Shown in pieces: positions 57,895 through 64,000 of a stretch of DNA of 64,000 nucleotides. The translations under genes and the position numbers were made by a program. Under the pieces are notes generated by a model, which saw nothing but the letters and a program-made list of their open reading frames with translations, was not told where the DNA came from and searched no databases. This DNA is from a virus (taxonomy: Duplodnaviria; Caudoviricetes), in the IMG/VR virus record IMGVR_UViG_3300048861_000178, positions 251,191-315,190 of that record. One strand, 5' to 3'. The first letter of the stretch is position 1. The number at the start of each line of letters is the position of its first letter.

Positions 57895-59925
57895 ATGATT
57901 AAGATCCGGGCCAGGAAGTTGCTCGCGATGACCACCGATGAACTGTGGGAGACGCTCACGGGGCGGTTCATCCTGATCTTCGACGACAACCGGGAGTTGG
58001 AAACCAACTGGCGCAAAACGGTAATCTCGTCGTATGCGTGGGAGTTTCATCGGCAGTGGGGCAAAACCCCGCTGCTCAAGCACCACCATATCGACGCGGT
58101 GTTGGGCAAGAAGCGCTACAGTGCGAGCACACCACTCGACCTGTTGGGCAACTGCATGTGGTCGGTCTATGAGATCTATGGCGATGCGGTCGGGCGCGAT
58201 GTGTTGGCACAGCGGATTTATCAGCTGAACAACATCATCTACAACGAGATGAGCTATCGGTGCGAAGCCGATGTGGGCTCGATGGACATCTTGGACTGGA
58301 TGGAAGTGCTCGATCATCCGAAGATCATTGCGATGAAGGAAAAGGTCAAGGACGCGGTCAACAAGACCCCGGACGAAGGCGGTCGCATGATCAAGGAAGC
58401 CTACGGTGTCATCGACGATGTGCTCGGCAATGGCCAAGACCTGCCCATGAATGCGGTGTCGCTGGCACTGCGCTCCAAGCTGGTCAACGCTAACCAGGTG
58501 CAGCAGTCGATTGGGCCGCGCGGCTATCTGACCGACATCGATTCGGACCAGTTCCGCTATCCGATCATCCCTGGCTATGTCGAAGGCATTCGCAGTCTGT
58601 ACGACTCGGTGATTGAGTCGCGCTCGGCAGCGAAGGCATTGCAGTTCTCGAAGTCGCCGTTGCAGGAAGCGGAGTATTTCTCCCGTCGCTTGCAGCTGAT
58701 GTGTCAGACGGTGCGTAACTTGCACCAGAACTGCGACTGTGGCACGACCGAAACCCTGCGCTGGCAAGTGCGGGGCAAGGAAGTGAACGAGGAAGGCGAT
58801 GAAGTCTTCGGCGGTGACCTGCCCCTGCTCGTCGGCAAGTTTTATATCGACGAGAAGACGGGTGGGCTGCGGGTGATTCGCGGCGACAAGCACGACCAAG
58901 AGCATCTGATCGGCAAGAGTATTCGGCTGCGCTCGGTGATTCACTGCGCGCATCCTGATCCGTATGGGGTGTGTGCCACCTGTTTCGGTGAACTCAGCCT
59001 GTCCGTACTGGACGATCGGACCAACTTGGGTCACATGTGTTGTACCTCGATGACGCAGAAGTCCTCGCAGTCGGTGCTGTCGGTGAAGCACTTGGATAGT
59101 TCGGCCGCGGTAGAACCGGCAAGCTTGACGCCTGAGGAGAAGAAGTTCTTCAAGATCAGTGCCGATGGCATGTCGTATCTGCTCGCCGATCGACTCAAGG
59201 GCAAGACGGTGAAGCTGGTCATTCCGGCGATGTTCGCTCCGAACATTACCGACGTGTTGGCCAACCACAGCATCGATGACCTCAATATCCGGCAAGTCTC
59301 GGAGATGCGGGAAATCGCAGTGCAGGTGAAAGAAGGCAATGTGGAGTTCGATCCGGAGCGTGTCAATACCTCCAAGGATCGGCGTCTTGCGTCGCTGACC
59401 TATCCGATGCTGCGCCATATCCGCAAGGTGCGCTGGGACTTCAATGCCAATAACGACTACGTCATTGACATGACTGGTTGGGATTGGAATGAGCCCGTGA
59501 TGACGCTGCCGCTGATTCACTTCAACATGAGCGATCACTCGAAAGATATCGCCTCGATGTTGGAGTCGAGTAAGAAGCAGATGGAAGCGCGGGATAAGGA
59601 CGTGTCACCCGACGCGTTCTTGGTCGAGCTGTACAACCTCGTGAACGATAAACTCACCGTGAATCTGGCGGTGCTGGAAGTCGTGCTGTACGGGGCGATG
59701 ATCATCAGCGCAGAAGAAGATGACTATCGTCTGCCGAAGCCGTGGACGGATCGCGGCTTGGGTGTGATGGACATGACCATGGATCGACGCTCGCTCTCGG
59801 CAACGATGGCGTACGAAGGCCACTACGATGTGTTCATCTCGCCGGAAAGCTACACGAAGAAGAACCGCCCGGATCACCCGATGGACGCATTGATTTGCCC
59901 CGTCGAAGTACTCGGGATGGGTTAA
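57895..59925 (+). CDS. Non-virion RNAP beta' C-terminal subunit (phiKZ gp74-like)
   Basis: QSIGPRG, bridge helix AEYFSRRL, DCGT, LRSVIHC..GVCATCFG, trigger loop SQSVLSVKH. Confidence 0.9.
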   Translation: MIKIRARKLLAMTTDELWETLTGRFILIFDDNRELETNWRKTVISSYAWEFHRQWGKTPLLKHHHIDAVLGKKRYSASTPLDLLGNCMWSVYEIYGDAVGRDVLAQRIYQLNNIIYNEMSYRCEADVGSMDILDWMEVLDHPKIIAMKEKVKDAVNKTPDEGGRMIKEAYGVIDDVLGNGQDLPMNAVSLALRSKLVNANQVQQSIGPRGYLTDIDSDQFRYPIIPGYVEGIRSLYDSVIESRSAAKALQFSKSPLQEAEYFSRRLQLMCQTVRNLHQNCDCGTTETLRWQVRGKEVNEEGDEVFGGDLPLLVGKFYIDEKTGGLRVIRGDKHDQEHLIGKSIRLRSVIHCAHPDPYGVCATCFGELSLSVLDDRTNLGHMCCTSMTQKSSQSVLSVKHLDSSAAVEPASLTPEEKKFFKISADGMSYLLADRLKGKTVKLVIPAMFAPNITDVLANHSIDDLNIRQVSEMREIAVQVKEGNVEFDPERVNTSKDRRLASLTYPMLRHIRKVRWDFNANNDYVIDMTGWDWNEPVMTLPLIHFNMSDHSKDIASMLESSKKQMEARDKDVSPDAFLVELYNLVNDKLTVNLAVLEVVLYGAMIISAEEDDYRLPKPWTDRGLGVMDMTMDRRSLSATMAYEGHYDVFISPESYTKKNRPDHPMDALICPVEVLGMG

Positions 59926-60009
59926 GCCAGACGCTCCGCTCACTTCGGTGGGCGGGGTAGCAGTACGGCAGTCTGTGTTCGAGATTCAAAACCAACCATA
60001 GGCTTTAAC

Positions 60010-61542
60010 ATGGCTGATCTTCATGTCGAAATCTTTTCGCACCATTTCGCGTGCACGCGGATGACTACGCGCGCCCGAGAGGCGCTGAACAAGTTCGCCG
60101 GGAGGTATGTCGAATACAAACTGGAGAAGATCCCTCGTAGCAACCGTTGGCACAAGGTCGCTGACCGGGTCTACGCGGCAGCCACCAAGGATCGCGAGGA
60201 GTACCGGTTCCACATTAACTTGTTGAAGCAGTTCAGGGACCATCTGGACTTCCACTACCTTCGCAATGAGTTGGTAGAATGGACGGTTGCGCCCTTTATC
60301 CAGTTGCCCGAAGTCGACATGCCGCTCAAAGATGGAATCACCCCGCGTGATTACCAGGAAGAGGCGATCGAGTACATCAACACGCCGGGCATCGTTAACA
60401 AACTGGTGGAGTTTCAAACGGGTAAGGGCAAGTCCGTCACGGCGATGTACGCGCAGTATAAGCGGCGTCGCATTGGGCTCCTGATGATCAAGCCGATGTA
60501 CATTGAGAAGTGGCTCATCGACTTGCGCAAGACCTTCGATCTGGAAGTCAGTGACGTGATTGTGGCGCAAGGCTCAGCCGAGCTGATGGCGCTCCTGGAG
60601 TTAGCCGCGCAGGAAGTCACGCCGAGCTACTACTGGATCATCGTGAGTAACGTCACGTTTGCCAATTGGCTTAAGCTCTACGAGGAAGTCGCCGCCGAAG
60701 TGCTCGAGACCGGTTACGCCTGTCTGCCACATCAGTTCTACGAGCACCTGAAGGTCGGCACTCGGATTATCGATGAGGTGCACCAGGACTTCCATCGTAA
60801 CTTTAAGATGGATTGCTACACCCACGTGGAGAATTCAGTCTCGCTGTCGGCCACCTTGATTTCGGATGACGACTTCAAGAACCAGATGTACGAGATTGCC
60901 TATCCGGGTCACCAGCGCCATAAGGGACCCGAGTACGACAAGTACATCGCGTGGCGGGCCGTGTTCTTTAGTTTTAAGAACCCGGAGAAGATCCGTTGTT
61001 CGGACTACGGCAGCAAGCGTTATTCGCACAACGTCTTCGAGCAGTTTATTCTGAAGAACGAGCAGACGACGACCAACTACTTCCAGTTGCTGAACACGAT
61101 CATTCGGTCCACCTACATTAAGGATCGCAAGCCAGGCGATAAGCTGATTATTTTCATGGCTTCGATCAACATGTGTACGGTGTTCACCAAGTGGTTGACA
61201 CGGGAATACCCGCAGCTGGAAGTGGGCCGCTACGTGGAAGAGGACCCGTACGAGATGCTGATGAATCCGGACATCCGGGTTACCACGCTCATGTCGGCGG
61301 GCACCGCAGTGGATATTCCTGGCTTAACGCATACGCTGTTGACTACCGCGGTAAAGTCCTCCCAATCGAACGTACAGGGCCTAGGACGGCTTCGTAAGCT
61401 CCCGGATGGGCGTACCCCTGTGTTCATCACGACGAACTGTCAGGACATCGACAAACACGTCGAGTACCACAATCACCGCAAGAACCTGATGGAACCGTTG
61501 TGCGTCTCGTACCGCAGCGATAACATCGGCATTCTCGTATAA
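60010..61542 (+). CDS. Superfamily 2 helicase (phiKZ gp75-like)
   Basis: RDYQ, TGKGKS, DEVH, SAT, QGLGRLR motifs. Confidence 0.9.
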   Translation: MADLHVEIFSHHFACTRMTTRAREALNKFAGRYVEYKLEKIPRSNRWHKVADRVYAAATKDREEYRFHINLLKQFRDHLDFHYLRNELVEWTVAPFIQLPEVDMPLKDGITPRDYQEEAIEYINTPGIVNKLVEFQTGKGKSVTAMYAQYKRRRIGLLMIKPMYIEKWLIDLRKTFDLEVSDVIVAQGSAELMALLELAAQEVTPSYYWIIVSNVTFANWLKLYEEVAAEVLETGYACLPHQFYEHLKVGTRIIDEVHQDFHRNFKMDCYTHVENSVSLSATLISDDDFKNQMYEIAYPGHQRHKGPEYDKYIAWRAVFFSFKNPEKIRCSDYGSKRYSHNVFEQFILKNEQTTTNYFQLLNTIIRSTYIKDRKPGDKLIIFMASINMCTVFTKWLTREYPQLEVGRYVEEDPYEMLMNPDIRVTTLMSAGTAVDIPGLTHTLLTTAVKSSQSNVQGLGRLRKLPDGRTPVFITTNCQDIDKHVEYHNHRKNLMEPLCVSYRSDNIGILV

Positions 61543-61615
61543 CTACAGGCAATCAGGGAAGAATGGGGCCAGGAGGAAACTCCTGGTCCTATGCCCCTAA
61601 AATCAAGGAACGGCT

Positions 61616-62023
61616 ATGGCGAACCTGCTGGAACATAAGCGCATCGCGGAAGCGAACCCGAACATCTTCATCGAGTTGCTCAAGCGTAAAGCCTCGAGCA
61701 ATCCCTTGCGCAAGAAGTTGAGTATGTTCTTGGAGTCGGTGGTCATCATGGCAGGGGGTGATAACCTGGTCAAGGATGTGCGTTCAGCCAACACCCTGAT
61801 TCCGGGTCACGCGAAGGTAGCGGGCAGCGCCACCCCGGTGTTTGGCTACCTGTGGGAGAGCGTCGCGTTTCAACCCCAGACCGAAGAACAACCCGTGACG
61901 TCGGTGTGCTTTCTGACGATCAACGAGCGCGGCATGTTCAACATGCTGTACGGTAATAACCCGGAGGCGCCCGCGAGCCTGCGCTTCGAAGACTTTGAAG
62001 AAGAAACCAAGGAGAAACAATGA
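61616..62023 (+). CDS. Hypothetical protein
   Basis: AAGGA RBS, 135 aa. Confidence 0.7.
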   Translation: MANLLEHKRIAEANPNIFIELLKRKASSNPLRKKLSMFLESVVIMAGGDNLVKDVRSANTLIPGHAKVAGSATPVFGYLWESVAFQPQTEEQPVTSVCFLTINERGMFNMLYGNNPEAPASLRFEDFEEETKEKQ

Positions 62024-62550
62024 TCCCGCAACGCCTCGACCAAATCGGCCACAACATCGGCCTGCTGCTCAATGGCTTCTTTGACTACACCTACAACGAG
62101 CACAAGGGTCCGATCCAGGTCCTGCATCAGATCGAGCGTGTACGCAGCAACAGCGCCTTTGAGTGCGATGACTTCTACCGCATGGTGGTCGAGTCGGATT
62201 TCCGGCAACGGGGTGGTTCGTTCAACCCGTTCGATCGCGCCCTCGAGATCGTGGAGGCCAATACCCGTGTCTGGAAGGGCACGGTGACGGGTCGTCAAAT
62301 CGAACTGGCGACCGTGCGTCGCTGGAATAAGGACGCGTTCACCTTGGGCGATCTGGTCTGGCTCGCCTACCTGTGCAACGAGCTGGGTCAGGACAACGGG
62401 ATCTTCCAAATGGAGCGCATTCTCGCCCATCAGCTCGAAGCCGATGACGGCGTGTTCTATCACGTCTCGGAGTTCACGCAAGGTAACGAATACCGCACGC
62501 TTCGCGAAACCTACGAAGAAGTGGCGCACCTTCTGAATGCTGTATCCTAA
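62020..62550 (+). CDS. Hypothetical protein
   Basis: AAGGAG RBS, ATGA overlap, 176 aa. Confidence 0.7.
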   Translation: MIPQRLDQIGHNIGLLLNGFFDYTYNEHKGPIQVLHQIERVRSNSAFECDDFYRMVVESDFRQRGGSFNPFDRALEIVEANTRVWKGTVTGRQIELATVRRWNKDAFTLGDLVWLAYLCNELGQDNGIFQMERILAHQLEADDGVFYHVSEFTQGNEYRTLRETYEEVAHLLNAVS

Positions 62551-62581
62551 CCCCCACCCCAGAGTAAAACAGGAGATTACA

Positions 62582-64000
62582 ATGTTTGGTAAAGAATCGC
62601 AGTATGGCACCTACGCATTGCGTGCTTTCGTGTTGCACACCGTCAACGGCGTGAAGCCGCAACAACGTCCTCAGCTCGTTTGCAATGCGACACCGGAGTC
62701 CATCGACCGTGTGAAGAAGTTCATGGATGAGCGCGATGGCACGCGTATCACCGCGCGCTCAGTCGCTCGTGAACTGGGTGGGTTGCTCAGCTACAGTAGC
62801 GAAATGTTGCCTGCCCGCCCGATCGCGGGTGGCTGGGAAGTCCAGCGACTTTCCTTCGTGTTGGCCGTCGACCGTGTCTCGCCCATCGGCGTGACGACCA
62901 CCTACAACATCGCAGGCTACACCAATCGCATGCCGGTGCAGCTCGCCGATCGGATTGATTGGACGGACGTGATCTTCTACGTGAATTCGTGTCTGATGGA
63001 ACATGCGTCAGTCACGAAGACTGTGGAGGGCGAGCGCGTGCATCGTGCTCTGAACCGGGCTGAACATCTGTTCTTTGATGCCGAGTTCGCTCCACCGGGC
63101 GACATGACGAAGCGCGCGACACGCGTGAGTCCGGCAGATGTGGCTGCCAACTTCTCTGCCTTCGACTTTGCTGACACGGAGGATGTGGTCGATACGCGCA
63201 CGATGATCACTAGCTCGCCACGCCTTGCGTATCGTCGTCACGTCGTGCCAGCGCGTTTTCTGGCCGAATTGATGCAGTGCTGCTTTAAGGTACGCGCCCA
63301 GGGCGAGGACATGGTGCCCGACGAAATGCTCAAAGACGATCTCGTCTTCAACACCATGCGCGCTCATCTGGAACCCGCCGCGCTGTTAGCCAATCCGTTC
63401 TTCCGCACGCTCGCGCAGGTGCAAGGCTCGCCTTTCGCGGGTCGCTTCACCATGGAAGATCTGCAACGGGTGCTGCCTGCGGTGGTGGAAAAGGCAGTCG
63501 TGGCCTTCGAAGACTACACGGGTCCTGAAGAGGATAGTCCGGTCAGCGAGCGGCCGAATCAGGCCCTTGTCTATCTAGGTCAAACCATCCCGGCGCTGTT
63601 TCACTCGATGGGGTTCACCATAGCACAGTTCCAGGTTGACATCCCGTACCACGATCAAGAAGATCCGACCAACTTCACGTTCGTCAATACGCGCGGCTTT
63701 GCAGGCACCATGGATACGGAAAAACGCATCCAGCACGTGCAAGGCATTATGGAGCGTGAAATCTTCCCGGAGCTGCGCCGCATGGGCTTGGAAGGTGGTA
63801 GCCTCTTCTTTAACGTGGAAGTGTTCGGCAACACCTCGATCCAGTACAACCTGCTTTTCGGGTCGAGCTATCAGGGTAAGCGGCACTTTGCTTCATATGC
63901 CGATGCGCTCACCTCGCCGCTGGTAGCGGAATCGCGCCCGAGCAGTCTGGCGCTTTCCGCTGATCTGTACGCGGTGCTCAATGCCGCGGTGGACGCCACC
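62582..64000 (+). CDS. Second PicA/Imp1-like paralog, open at the window end (at least 473 aa, absent from the ORF track)
   Basis: Hand translation from ATG 62582 (AGGAG RBS) has no stop; collinear motif matches to 52142-53665 over the whole length. Confidence 0.75.
   Translation, partial: MFGKESQYGTYALRAFVLHTVNGVKPQQRPQLVCNATPESIDRVKKFMDERDGTRITARSVARELGGLLSYSSEMLPARPIAGGWEVQRLSFVLAVDRVSPIGVTTTYNIAGYTNRMPVQLADRIDWTDVIFYVNSCLMEHASVTKTVEGERVHRALNRAEHLFFDAEFAPPGDMTKRATRVSPADVAANFSAFDFADTEDVVDTRTMITSSPRLAYRRHVVPARFLAELMQCCFKVRAQGEDMVPDEMLKDDLVFNTMRAHLEPAALLANPFFRTLAQVQGSPFAGRFTMEDLQRVLPAVVEKAVVAFEDYTGPEEDSPVSERPNQALVYLGQTIPALFHSMGFTIAQFQVDIPYHDQEDPTNFTFVNTRGFAGTMDTEKRIQHVQGIMEREIFPELRRMGLEGGSLFFNVEVFGNTSIQYNLLFGSSYQGKRHFASYADALTSPLVAESRPSSLALSADLYAVLNAAVDAT

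Noticed and set aside
3817-61596. Repeated hairpins as a CRISPR array or REP/MITE family
   Set aside because: Stem sequences differ, copies are dispersed at gene ends, and there is no regular spacing or nearby cas or transposase gene.

Overview
This window is part of a nucleus-forming, phiKZ-like jumbo phage genome (Chimalliviridae). GC is in the high 50s by eye, and a proteobacterial host is inferred but not shown. In order it holds: the end of a virion-RNAP beta gene and the gp177/gp176/gp175-like head block with prohead protease; an accessory operon (DHFR-like, DUF488-like, RNA ligase, stand-alone CapW/BrxR-like wHTH); tail tube, tail sheath, three structural genes and terminase; small early genes behind TATATTAC-type promoters; PhuZ tubulin; a tandem array of about seven divergent paralogs flanked by two long, strongly structured non-coding regions; a family-B DNA polymerase subunit; a coupled cluster of small accessory genes, one starting with a copy of the EF-Tu N-terminus; and the conserved nucleus block (chimallin, non-virion RNAP subunits, SbcD-like nuclease, ChmC, gp68-like, PicA/Imp1, gp70-like, SF2 helicase). 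Best leads: (1) a ~470-nt candidate ncRNA whose hairpin loops display anti-Shine-Dalgarno sequences, one complementary over 12-13 nt to the RBSs of the phage's own RNAP genes; (2) a second PicA/Imp1 paralog missing from the ORF track because it runs off the window; (3) an EF-Tu N-terminal mimic; (4) a sensor-less WYL-regulator DNA-binding domain; (5) a recurring hairpin+TATGCCG 3'-end signal. Homolog assignments come from recalled motifs and synteny, and RNA pairings were found by eye. No database search or folding program was run.
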